A stretch of 64,000 nucleotides of DNA from Candidatus Thorarchaeota archaeon. GTDB lineage: Archaea; Asgardarchaeota; Thorarchaeia; Thorarchaeales; Thorarchaeaceae. The DNA lies in assembly GCA_020348985.1 (NCBI GenBank), contig CP070761.1:2924464-2988463 (forward strand), in the 5' to 3' direction. The notes below the pieces were generated by a model that saw nothing but the letters and a program-made list of their open reading frames with translations, was not told the origin of the DNA and did no database searches. This document shows positions 7,863-17,003 of this stretch, one piece after another. Numbering within the stretch: the stretch's first letter is position 1; each line of letters begins with the position of its first letter. Both the position numbers and the translations under genes were made by a program.

Positions 7863-10640
7863 TTGTGCGAGAAACCTTCACAACCGCATTTAACCGTTTG
7901 GTTATGTAGGTCTCCAAAGTTTGATAAGACGCAGCCAATCGATGTGACTGCCTTGCCGGTCTTACATTGCCCCAAGTGTGGTACGACACTAGACATTCGA
8001 AGGACAAAGTTACTCGTGCCGCGCGACTACTTGGAGACTCCGAAAGGTGGTAATGTATGGTCTGTATCTTGCAGGACCTGCGCGGTTGAACTGCTAGTTG
8101 ATGCATCAACAAAAGATCTGTTTGACGCGTATGATGCATACTCCAAAGCTCTGGACTCAGGCGCACTGGATTCTAGGTATGACGGCCCTGCACCAGCTCC
8201 ATTGGAACCATTAGACGCTGCTTCTCCCGATTCTCGAACCATAGACAGATGGGCGCGGCCTAAGAGCGCTGTCCGTCAAACAAAGGAAGAGATTGAGAAG
8301 CTCATCAGGCTCGGGGGACTGACAACAGAAGAAGTCCCCTTCTCAGTGCTCTCCTTGTTGAATGAATCTGAAGAACGACTTGTTCACTACCGTCATTTGC
8401 CGCCTACGGATGCGCTCTATGGCAGCAAACTTCCAGACCTGAAACTTCCTACAAAACTCAAGGAACACCTCATTTCAAAGGGTGTCGAACAGCTTTATGC
8501 CTTTCAGAATGAGGCGTTTGATAGGATTGGAGCTGGTCATAACGCGGTTGTTGTAGCTCCTACCGCCCAGGGAAAAACCGAGGCATTCATTCTTCCGTTG
8601 ATTCGGAACTTGCTAATAACAATTCAAGATTCATTTAGGAGCCCAGGAATACGTGCTTTGCTCATCTACCCAACCAAAGCTCTGGCAAGAGACCAGTTCG
8701 AAAAGATAAAGCAGATGTGCAAGGCGTCTGGTCTGACAGCCGCGCTCTTTGATGGAGATGTCTCTCAATCGCAGCGGCGAAGAATCTACGAGAGACCTCC
8801 TGACCTTCTTCTGACAAACCCAGATGTCCTTCATTACCATCTTGGATGGGAGGGGTCACAGCTTGTTCCATTACTGAGCACGGTGAGACATGTTGTTATT
8901 GACGAGATTCACCTTTACACAGGTTCGCTTGGTGCCAATGTGTACTATATCCTGAAGCGACTTGGACTGGAAACAGACGAGCCGTTCCAAATGATTGGGG
9001 CTTCTGCTACAATAGCTAATCCAAGAGAACACACTGAACAACTATTCGATTCGTCAGTGGAACTCATAGAGTCGCAGACCGCCAAACGTGGTCCGATTCA
9101 CTTCATGATGTACTATCCTGAGCGAAGCAGTAAGTACAGTATGATTGTCAACTTAGTTCGAAGGTTGAACGAGCAGGGCTTTCGAACACTCGTATTCGGG
9201 AACACTCATTCAGAGGCAGAGCTACTTAACAGAATCTTGGGGCGAATCGGAGTAAGCTCAAAGGTTCACAGGGGAGGTCTCTCGAAGTCGTATCGAAGCA
9301 AGGTGGAAGAGGAGTTCAAGTCTGGGCGGTTACCAGTTCTTGTCTCTACGCCCACTCTCGAGCTCGGGATTGACATTGGTCACCTTGATTGTGTAGTTAG
9401 CATGATTGTATCAGTCACTCGCCTTACACAACGTATCGGACGTGCCGGCAGAAAAGGCCAAGAAAGCGTTGCGATTCTAGCGCTTAGGGACAATGACCCA
9501 ATATCAACATTCTACAGGTTTCAACCCGAGAAGTACTTCACCGATATTGATTCCGCGTACGTCGAACCCGGCAACGAGATTGTGGCCCGATATCAGCTCA
9601 TAGCGGCAGCGATGAGTGGAAAAATGAATACAGCAGACTTCCCATATCAGCTCAAAGTCATAAAGAACCTGCAAGAGGAAGGATTGGTGCAGATTCTTGA
9701 TGATGGCCAGGTACGAGTCGTGGATATGGATAGGGCAAGAAAGGAATGGCGGGGCTACAACATTCGGGGGATTGGAGACACTGTTGAGATTCGTCTTGGT
9801 AACAAGCTCATAGGAGACAGGTCAATGCCCATGGCGGCGCAAGAGCTCCATCCGGGAGCCCTCTATCTCCATGGCGGAGAGACCTACATGTCTGTACAAT
9901 ATGACTATAGACAGGGTTTTGGTAGAGCGAAGGTGGTCAAGAATCCTGACTCCAATGAGCACACTCGTCCAATGTACTACTCCTCCCCGAGGATTGTAGA
10001 GGTCCTCGAACGCCATAAGATCCTTGGTATGAAAACAATCTACTGTACACTAGAAATGACTCAAGTTGTTCATGGCTATACAAAGGTACAGACCTATCCA
10101 AGGCAGGTCCTTGGACAGTTTGATCTGAGCCCCGATTTGGTGTATAAGTATCTGACAAGAGGATTCGCCTTTGCCGCTCCGTCGCCAAGTAAATCGACTA
10201 TCGACGAGGGGCTAGAGATTATTGAACGTCAGAATGCTGATCCCGCCTGGCTCGTTGGAGGTGCTTTTCACGCGTTGGAGCATGTTGTCATAGAGTCAAG
10301 CGGAATGTTGACTGGCGGAAGCACCCGAGAGATTGGAGGTGTGTCAATGGGTGACTCCGGGATTATCTTTGTGCATGATGGGTCTCCAGGAGGTAGCGGT
10401 GCATCAAGACTTCTTTACAAGAGACTGGATGAGGCCTTTAGACGAGTGGAAGCAATTCTTGCTAATTGTGAATGCGAGGCCATCGACGGGTGTCCGTTAT
10501 GCACATATTCGTATCAATGTGGGAACAACAATTCACCTCTATTCAAGAATGGAGCCTTGGACAGTGTTAGGCAGATTCTTGAGCGTTCAGAAACTGACGT
10601 GGACACAGAAGGGTACATTGGATATCAGCCAATGGTATGA
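7863..10640 (+). CDS. SF2 DEAD/DEAH helicase with C-terminal DUF1998 (MrfA/Hrq1-like) and N-terminal Zn ribbon
   Basis: PTAQGKT, YPTKALA.DQ, DEIH, SAT, TLELGIDIG, QRIGRAGR; HALEH...GG.G...C.C..GCP.C......C; true start may be GTG 7944. Confidence 0.9.
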   Translation: MCEKPSQPHLTVWLCRSPKFDKTQPIDVTALPVLHCPKCGTTLDIRRTKLLVPRDYLETPKGGNVWSVSCRTCAVELLVDASTKDLFDAYDAYSKALDSGALDSRYDGPAPAPLEPLDAASPDSRTIDRWARPKSAVRQTKEEIEKLIRLGGLTTEEVPFSVLSLLNESEERLVHYRHLPPTDALYGSKLPDLKLPTKLKEHLISKGVEQLYAFQNEAFDRIGAGHNAVVVAPTAQGKTEAFILPLIRNLLITIQDSFRSPGIRALLIYPTKALARDQFEKIKQMCKASGLTAALFDGDVSQSQRRRIYERPPDLLLTNPDVLHYHLGWEGSQLVPLLSTVRHVVIDEIHLYTGSLGANVYYILKRLGLETDEPFQMIGASATIANPREHTEQLFDSSVELIESQTAKRGPIHFMMYYPERSSKYSMIVNLVRRLNEQGFRTLVFGNTHSEAELLNRILGRIGVSSKVHRGGLSKSYRSKVEEEFKSGRLPVLVSTPTLELGIDIGHLDCVVSMIVSVTRLTQRIGRAGRKGQESVAILALRDNDPISTFYRFQPEKYFTDIDSAYVEPGNEIVARYQLIAAAMSGKMNTADFPYQLKVIKNLQEEGLVQILDDGQVRVVDMDRARKEWRGYNIRGIGDTVEIRLGNKLIGDRSMPMAAQELHPGALYLHGGETYMSVQYDYRQGFGRAKVVKNPDSNEHTRPMYYSSPRIVEVLERHKILGMKTIYCTLEMTQVVHGYTKVQTYPRQVLGQFDLSPDLVYKYLTRGFAFAAPSPSKSTIDEGLEIIERQNADPAWLVGGAFHALEHVVIESSGMLTGGSTREIGGVSMGDSGIIFVHDGSPGGSGASRLLYKRLDEAFRRVEAILANCECEAIDGCPLCTYSYQCGNNNSPLFKNGALDSVRQILERSETDVDTEGYIGYQPMV

Positions 10641-10656
10641 GATGAGGTCATCAAAG

Positions 10657-12600
10657 ATGTCGATCTTCCGGATTGAGAGAGGTCATGACGGTCCTGCTAG
10701 GATTGGCCGCTTAACACTTGATGAACTCGAAACGAGCACTCCGTCTCTTGCCGGGCCCCCGCAGGAAGAAAGCCATTGGCTCACCTATTCCGTATACGAG
10801 AGATCATCATCCAGTGATTCTGCTGCATCTATGATTGCACTCCCAACAATCTTTGCATCTCATGATGAAACAGACACCCTCACCCATAAGAGCAGTTTAG
10901 TACTCTTGCCTTCAATCCCAGGGTCCTCGTCGCTAGGGCAAGAAATGGCTGAACTACTGCTGTCTTGGCAATTGGGTTTTCTCAGGGAACGTCCTAAGTC
11001 CGTCCCACCACAGCACTGTGTTGTCAGAATTCCGGTTGGAATCGATACCGTTCTTCTGAAAGAGTATCTCTCACAGTTTTCTGAACTTGGGGTCCGTTCT
11101 GCTTCTTTCTTGTTGAATAGTGAGCTTGGTAGTGATGACTTTAGCTCAGTGAAGTTGAGATCCGCTATCCCGCGAAACTGGCTTGCAATAGCTTTGGGGC
11201 GGATTGATCCACATTTGCTCCCCCTACTGATCTACCTGGGCTTTGATGTGATTGACATTGGTCGAGCTTTCTCGGCTGCTGCGAAGAACGTTCGGCTCTG
11301 GCAGGTGACAAATGAGAAAGTGCTTGAAGTAGACCATCAAAGATTCTGTTCGTGTCGCCACTGTATATCCATAGACGACTTTGGAGAAACCGCACGTGAT
11401 AACCGACTCGAGACTCTGACGGGCCACAACATCGACATGTATAGGCAAGTGATGTCTGAGAGCATAAGCAAAATGCATGATGGACAACTGCGATGGCTTG
11501 TCGAATCCCGTACACATGCATCACCTTCGATGACATCATTACTACGAAGAATCGACAGGGAAATCTACGAATTCCTAGAGGAGTTCACGCCAACAATTGG
11601 GCAGGGTGTTCTTCCTCTCATAGGTCCTGAATCATATCACTCCCCAATTGTCAGAAGGTTCAGGGAAAGGCTTGTAGAAAGATATGCTCCTCCCCCCCAC
11701 AAGAGAATCGTGCTACTGCTTCCGTGCTCGGCACGGAAACCATACTCAGATTCGAAGTCCCATCGACGTTTTAGCAGAGCAATTGAAAACGGAATCGGGC
11801 GGAGTGAGTCTTCAATTGCAGAGACTATCATCACGTCTCCATTAGGGATAATTCCTCGGGAATTGGAGCGCGTGTATCCCATCGCACAGTATGACATTCC
11901 AGTGTCTGGCGACTGGGATACCGAGGAGACCTCAATCGCAGTTGACGCTCTCGTGAAACATCTTGCGAAGTTCAGCGATGAGGCTGTTGTCTTGGCTCAT
12001 GTATCTGGAGGTTATCAGACCATAGTCAACGAGGCCGAATCACGAATCAAACAGAGCATTATCTATACATCCTCGGGCCACTCGACAGGAAGTCGCTCTT
12101 CATTGGAATCTCTCACGGAGGTTCTTCAGGATCTGAAGTCTAAACTAGAAATCAGAGCAACAGAACAGAAACGACTTCAAGACACACTACGGTCAACCGC
12201 CGATTTCCAGTTTGGAAAAGGGACCGGGAGTCTGCTCATACCAGATAGTGCACATCTCAAGGGGAAGCTATACCATATGGTAACATGCCAAGTTGAAGAA
12301 GTGCAGACGTGCAGTTTCATTGGATCTTCAGGCGCGCTCTCTCTCACAATGGACGGTGGTGAGAGAATTGCGCCTCTAGACCGGTACGTGGTTCGGTTTG
12401 AGGGGGCTGAGATCAAAGGCGGGTCGATTTTTGCTGTGGGTGTCAATGAGGCCGACCCTGTTATTCGACCAGGAGATGAAGTAGTCGTGGTGGGCAAGGA
12501 CAACACTGTCATGGCGGTAGGCAAAAGCGAGATGTCTGGTCCAGAGATGTGTGAGTTTGAGAAGGGTCGTGCAGTCAGCATTCGTCACAAGAGGAAGTGA
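10657..12600 (+). CDS. arcS: Archaeosine synthase subunit alpha (TGT-like + DUF5591 + PUA)
   Basis: DGPARIG start, LLPCSARKPYS.SKSH, TSPLGIIPRELE..YP...YD.PV.G.W, C-terminal PUA (IRPGDEVVV); start reassigned to ATG 10657 after SD-like GAGGT. Confidence 0.9.
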   Translation: MSIFRIERGHDGPARIGRLTLDELETSTPSLAGPPQEESHWLTYSVYERSSSSDSAASMIALPTIFASHDETDTLTHKSSLVLLPSIPGSSSLGQEMAELLLSWQLGFLRERPKSVPPQHCVVRIPVGIDTVLLKEYLSQFSELGVRSASFLLNSELGSDDFSSVKLRSAIPRNWLAIALGRIDPHLLPLLIYLGFDVIDIGRAFSAAAKNVRLWQVTNEKVLEVDHQRFCSCRHCISIDDFGETARDNRLETLTGHNIDMYRQVMSESISKMHDGQLRWLVESRTHASPSMTSLLRRIDREIYEFLEEFTPTIGQGVLPLIGPESYHSPIVRRFRERLVERYAPPPHKRIVLLLPCSARKPYSDSKSHRRFSRAIENGIGRSESSIAETIITSPLGIIPRELERVYPIAQYDIPVSGDWDTEETSIAVDALVKHLAKFSDEAVVLAHVSGGYQTIVNEAESRIKQSIIYTSSGHSTGSRSSLESLTEVLQDLKSKLEIRATEQKRLQDTLRSTADFQFGKGTGSLLIPDSAHLKGKLYHMVTCQVEEVQTCSFIGSSGALSLTMDGGERIAPLDRYVVRFEGAEIKGGSIFAVGVNEADPVIRPGDEVVVVGKDNTVMAVGKSEMSGPEMCEFEKGRAVSIRHKRK

Positions 12601-13706
12601 GAGCTTTGGAAGATACTCTAGAACGAATTCAGTCGGTCATCATAAGCGCAAGTACAAAAGCTCGGGGCTCCTCGATTGCCTTCAGGCGCCAGAGGAATCC
12701 AACAAGGCCCGCAGCAAGCTGGATCACAACCTCGCGAATAGGCAACAGCACTGGAAAGGCGCTCTCGGTGGTCTTCTCGACAATTGGTTGTTCTCATGCA
12801 AGAGGAGAGAGTGGTGGTTGTACAATGTGCAGCTACTTACTCGATGGTACGAGCGTACCTCCATCAGCAGCAGAACTTGTCGAGCAATTCGCGGCTGCGA
12901 TGTCGAAGCTTGATGATGAAGAGGCGCCACTGTCAGTTAAGCTATATACTAGCGGAAGTTTCTTGGATTCTGAAGAATTTCCTTCGGAGGCAATGAAATC
13001 TGTGCTTGAAACAATCGCTCAAGATCCGCGAATAACCCAGGTTGTGGTAGAGTCAAGACCTGACTACGTCACCGAGTCCAACGTCAGTCTTTTGCGTTCA
13101 ATACTTGGTTACCGACATATCGAGATCGGTATAGGCTTGGAGAGCATGAATGAAAGAGTCCGTATGCTCTGCGTAAACAAGGGGTTCTCCTCAGATGACT
13201 TTGAGCAGGCGCTTCTGACCGCGAAGCAACAGAACATTGGTGTGAGAGCATATGTCCTGATTAAACCTCCATTCATGACAGAGCGGGATGCAATACTCGA
13301 CTCAGTTCTTACTGTAAGGCAGAGCGCAGCTTTGTGGGCTTCCACAGTATCAGTTAACCCTGTCAACATACAGAGACATACCTTGGTAGAGCAGCTCTGG
13401 ACAGATGGACTATACAGACCTCCGTGGCTCTGGACGGTGGTAGAAGTCCTGAAGAGAGGGCACTCAGAGATTCCTCAAGAGACGAACTTGGTCTGCGATC
13501 CTGTAGCTGCCGGAAAGGCACGCGGAGCTCACAATTGTGGTAGATGTGACCAAGCTGTTATCAGAGCAATTCGGGATTTCTCTTTGGATCAAGACCCCAA
13601 ATCACTTGAAGGTCTGGACTGTGAGTGCAAGACTGACTGGGAGCACGTCCTTGCGCATGAGGATGTTTCTCTCTATGTCCACTCGGATAGACACGAAGGT
13701 AGATGA
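12597..13706 (+). CDS. raSEA: Archaeosine biosynthesis radical SAM protein RaSEA
   Basis: GC...GGCTMC, KLYTSGSFLD, ESRP.Y, YVLIKPPF, YRPPWLW, RGAHNCG.CD; GTG start overlaps the arcS stop (GTGA). Confidence 0.9.
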   Translation: MRALEDTLERIQSVIISASTKARGSSIAFRRQRNPTRPAASWITTSRIGNSTGKALSVVFSTIGCSHARGESGGCTMCSYLLDGTSVPPSAAELVEQFAAAMSKLDDEEAPLSVKLYTSGSFLDSEEFPSEAMKSVLETIAQDPRITQVVVESRPDYVTESNVSLLRSILGYRHIEIGIGLESMNERVRMLCVNKGFSSDDFEQALLTAKQQNIGVRAYVLIKPPFMTERDAILDSVLTVRQSAALWASTVSVNPVNIQRHTLVEQLWTDGLYRPPWLWTVVEVLKRGHSEIPQETNLVCDPVAAGKARGAHNCGRCDQAVIRAIRDFSLDQDPKSLEGLDCECKTDWEHVLAHEDVSLYVHSDRHEGR

Positions 13707-13754
13707 GAAAGGGTTTTAGGAATCGGGATAGCTGTGTTTCCGAGGTTATGGATT

Positions 13755-14114
13755 ATGACTGATTACATAACCAAGGTGAGCTTCTGGTTTAGCAGTGAGG
13801 GCGCATCACCCGCTGATGTCATAAGGCGACTCCTGGACATGGGGTTCACACCGGTGAGGGGTGCGTACGATTTCATCTACCATCATGAATCAAAGGAAGG
13901 TATGTCTGATTCTGACCTGAGTAGTGCAATTCTGGAGGTTTCCGATGCGCTACATGCAGCGCTTTCCGGTTTCAAAGTATTCTACACCATGGCGACACAT
14001 CCTGCAGACGAACTGGCTGATTATGTTCCACTCGCCGATATCGATGCCGAGCTTGAGGCAACAAGAGCAGAGCTCAGGGCTTTTGAGGACGATTCGTTTA
14101 GTGATGAAGAATAA
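13755..14114 (+). CDS. Conserved-looking archaeal hypothetical protein with acidic tail
   Basis: FSSEGASP..V...L..MGF.PV.G.YDF.Y motif recalled from small archaeal hypothetical proteins; ATG 13755. Confidence 0.7.
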   Translation: MTDYITKVSFWFSSEGASPADVIRRLLDMGFTPVRGAYDFIYHHESKEGMSDSDLSSAILEVSDALHAALSGFKVFYTMATHPADELADYVPLADIDAELEATRAELRAFEDDSFSDEE

Positions 14115-14116
14115 GA

Positions 14117-14144
14117 TAGGAATGGGGGAACTCCCCCATCCCTA
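14117..14144. terminator. Hairpin between convergent genes
   Basis: TAGGAATGGGGGA-AC-TCCCCCATCCCTA inverted repeat with one mismatch. Confidence 0.5.
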
Positions 14145-14165
14145 GTGGGAGATTGTGGGTGAATA

Positions 14166-15950
14166 TCAATCAGAGATCACTTCTGGCTCTCGACGTTCAT
14201 ACTCGCCTTCGCCGCGAACTGTGACTCTGATCTTCTTCTTATCTTCGGGATTCATTCGTTCGAAGATCCAACCTAGATTCGTGCCGCCATCAGCTGCAGC
14301 CTGAGAGGGTTCGAGGTCCTCAGGTTCAACAGACACAAATTCGAAGTCTTCAGGTATCCAGTCAGTGACACGGACATTCTCTACAGTTACCTCGCCTTTG
14401 TTCTCAATGACGAGCTGAACGATGTACTCTCCGGTTTCAGATCCCTTGTTGATTCCTTTCTTGGCCGAGATGCGCCTCTTCTTGTAGACTACGCCTATCT
14501 TGTGGCCATCTTCGTCACTGGCTATCTCAGCTTCAAGACCTGGCGGATATGTATTTGCCAAGCAACGGATGGGCGACGGATATTCCTTCTCCGGCCGGCT
14601 CTTCCAGGTCATGATAGAGTAGTTGATTCTCATGGTCTCGTCAGGTTCTAATTCCCCTACCGAGTCTTTGAGGTTTGATAACTTAACTGAAAGTGTGTGT
14701 GGAGAGTCTGGGTCTTGATCGTCTGGATCGATTGCTATCTCCATTTCTCCATCATACTTGTCTCCTCTCACAAAGACCTCTACATACTCGCTTGTTGGAG
14801 GCATAATATCGTCAGGAAGGTTGTCAAGAACCTGAACTTCATTCAATTTGGCGGAACCGGCATTCGTTACTTCGATTGTTACCTCAACAGGAGTCTTGTC
14901 GAAGCTGGCAACCTTGGGAGGGTCAAACGTCTTGCTATATTCTATCCTATATACCGGCACAAGCTGAGGCGTCTTGTCTATGGTGCCAAGTACCCTTTTG
15001 GTGACAACGTTGGTCGGCGTATAGATGATCTCTTGGGTACACTTTGGCGGAGACTTGCTTGTGACTTCGAATGAGCTTCTCCACTCATCATTGGGAGCAA
15101 GCTCCACAGCCGGCGCTTCATCTATCATCTTCTCCTTATCGCCGCCGTCTTCGGGTTCTAAGTAAACCTCTGCCTTATCCAGTCTTACCACAAGATCTGA
15201 CTCGTTGCTGCACTCAAGTGTGCACTCCCAGCTGTTGGGCTCAGTCTCTGCAGACTCAATCCCAGCCAAGAATTCTGTTAGGGCTGTCATGTCAGGAGCA
15301 AGAACCGACCTAGTCTGTTCTTCTCCTCGATAGGTCACAACCATTTCGCCTGCGCCCTTGGCATCAACATCTTTGACTCGCCCGCTGGCCTTGATTACTA
15401 CTGTCGACTCCTCCTGGGGGTAGATTACGAAATCCTTCCATACTACAACGCCTGTGCCTTCGTCAAACTCTGCTGTACCTGATGTCACTTCATCAATGGT
15501 GATTTCTGTGAGCTCCGATGGGATCGTCTTGTTAAGGACTATGTTGTCTATCTGCCCATCTGTTTCATTTTTCAGAGTGATTGTCATCTTCACAGGGTTG
15601 TCTTTTCCAAAGGCATATGCCCAGTGAGGTTCTTCGGTTTTCACTTCTTCACATGTGTCAAAGACCTCTGTCAGTGTCAATATCGGTGCCTTTGCCGAAA
15701 CATCGTACGTGGTGTCCCATCTTCCTCCTGCATCGACTTCGCCAGCAGGAATCGTCTCTTCACCAATGTTTGTTCTATCTCGCGTGTCGCCCAGGAGCAC
15801 TCGTACGTTCCAGATTCGACTCTTCTCAGACACGTTTTTGACACTTAAGACGCCTGACACCTCGATTTCAGAGAGACCCGAATGCTCATCAAGCTGAGCC
15901 TTCTCCGTTTCTTCTATGTCTATTACGACCGTCTTGTGTTCACTCAACAC
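14166..15950 (-). CDS. Acidic cytoplasmic multi-Ig-fold protein (DUF11-like repeats; N-terminal region mu-homology-domain-like)
   Basis: Repeated V.I.V.N.G......V.V.D.LP motifs; no signal peptide or TM. Confidence 0.7.
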   Translation of the reverse strand: MLSEHKTVVIDIEETEKAQLDEHSGLSEIEVSGVLSVKNVSEKSRIWNVRVLLGDTRDRTNIGEETIPAGEVDAGGRWDTTYDVSAKAPILTLTEVFDTCEEVKTEEPHWAYAFGKDNPVKMTITLKNETDGQIDNIVLNKTIPSELTEITIDEVTSGTAEFDEGTGVVVWKDFVIYPQEESTVVIKASGRVKDVDAKGAGEMVVTYRGEEQTRSVLAPDMTALTEFLAGIESAETEPNSWECTLECSNESDLVVRLDKAEVYLEPEDGGDKEKMIDEAPAVELAPNDEWRSSFEVTSKSPPKCTQEIIYTPTNVVTKRVLGTIDKTPQLVPVYRIEYSKTFDPPKVASFDKTPVEVTIEVTNAGSAKLNEVQVLDNLPDDIMPPTSEYVEVFVRGDKYDGEMEIAIDPDDQDPDSPHTLSVKLSNLKDSVGELEPDETMRINYSIMTWKSRPEKEYPSPIRCLANTYPPGLEAEIASDEDGHKIGVVYKKRRISAKKGINKGSETGEYIVQLVIENKGEVTVENVRVTDWIPEDFEFVSVEPEDLEPSQAAADGGTNLGWIFERMNPEDKKKIRVTVRGEGEYERREPEVISD

Positions 15951-16023
15951 GGTTCACCCGCATGTCTTCCTATTCATCTCCCACAGTCTCATTCTGGTCT
16001 CTGAGTGACATATCCTTCGGGAT

Positions 16024-16722
16024 TCAGGACAGCTCATGTTTGAATTCGTTCCCAGCCGCCCACTGAACTTCTAGTACTTGACCTTCCTTCATCACAAGCG
16101 GCATAGTGTTTCGTGCGAACTGATCAATATACTTACAGAACTTCTTTGGCTGGTCGTCGTCGGTCCATCTCATAGGAATCCCTATCTGAGGTCCGACGTC
16201 TATACAAAGACTAACTGCGTCCTTTACTGGGAACACTCCGTCACCTCCGACTGGGGCAATGACGATGTTTGCCTCAAGTGCTCCAAATGGGCCCCTCACC
16301 ATCGAATCGCCGATGTAAGAGACCTTCATCTTTCCGATTTCTATATGCAGGCCTAAGTTTTCAGACTTCTTGCCTGACTCTGGATCTTCTCTCTGCAAAG
16401 AGAATGGAGTTATCTTCAGGCCTGGTATCTCGTAGGGTGCTTCGTTCTTCAAGACGTGAAGAAGCCAAGGCTTAGCACCCTGCTCCTTCACTTTCTCGAC
16501 AGCAAGTTCGTTTCCTAGAAACCATGCCTTGGCATTTGCGGCAATCGTAGTAGCATTCCCGACTGCATCGTCGTGGTCATTAGTGGCAACGATGACTCGG
16601 ATATCATAATCATCGGGCACCACTGTATCTCCATCCCAGATTCCAGGATTGAGTAGAACTGATGTTTCATCAGACTGTAGTGCGAACGATGTCTTTCCGA
16701 AGTACGTTACCCTAAGCAACAA
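16024..16722 (-). CDS. Metallo-beta-lactamase-fold protein (UPF0173-like), degenerate metal motif
   Basis: VTYFG..SF.L......LLNP, TNDHDDA, Y.GD, APVGG, GIPM. Confidence 0.75.
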   Translation of the reverse strand: MLLRVTYFGKTSFALQSDETSVLLNPGIWDGDTVVPDDYDIRVIVATNDHDDAVGNATTIAANAKAWFLGNELAVEKVKEQGAKPWLLHVLKNEAPYEIPGLKITPFSLQREDPESGKKSENLGLHIEIGKMKVSYIGDSMVRGPFGALEANIVIAPVGGDGVFPVKDAVSLCIDVGPQIGIPMRWTDDDQPKKFCKYIDQFARNTMPLVMKEGQVLEVQWAAGNEFKHELS

Positions 16723-16894
16723 ATCACATCCCGTATTCCCGTCCGGTCACCCAACGGCCAGAATGCTCGTGGACAATGAACCGATGCTGAAGTGTCTTAT
16801 AAACAAATTCGGCATTTCTCTCTATAACCTCGCCTATTCTCTCATTTTAAGTACTGCTTCCAAGGGTGGGCACACCTCGCCTCCTCTGAACACG

Positions 16895-16936
16895 TACGAA
16901 TGCTATCTCTCTTCTTACGAGTGCTATCTTTTTATG
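16895..16936 (+). promoter_or_regulatory. Tandem 14-bp direct repeat next to a TATA-like T-tract upstream of nurA
   Basis: TACGAATGCTATCT (16895) and TACGAGTGCTATCT (16916), 21-bp period, running into TTTTTATG. Confidence 0.45.
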
Positions 16937-17003
16937 ACTCAATCAAGACGAGGTCATGAGAGTAATCCATCACAACGAAAAATCACAGTTGGCGAGGGTT
17001 CGT

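Noticed and set aside
10333-10656. 108-aa N-terminal extension of arcS in the ORF track
   Set aside because: It overlaps the helicase DUF1998 domain; family similarity begins at ATG 10657, which has an SD-like sequence
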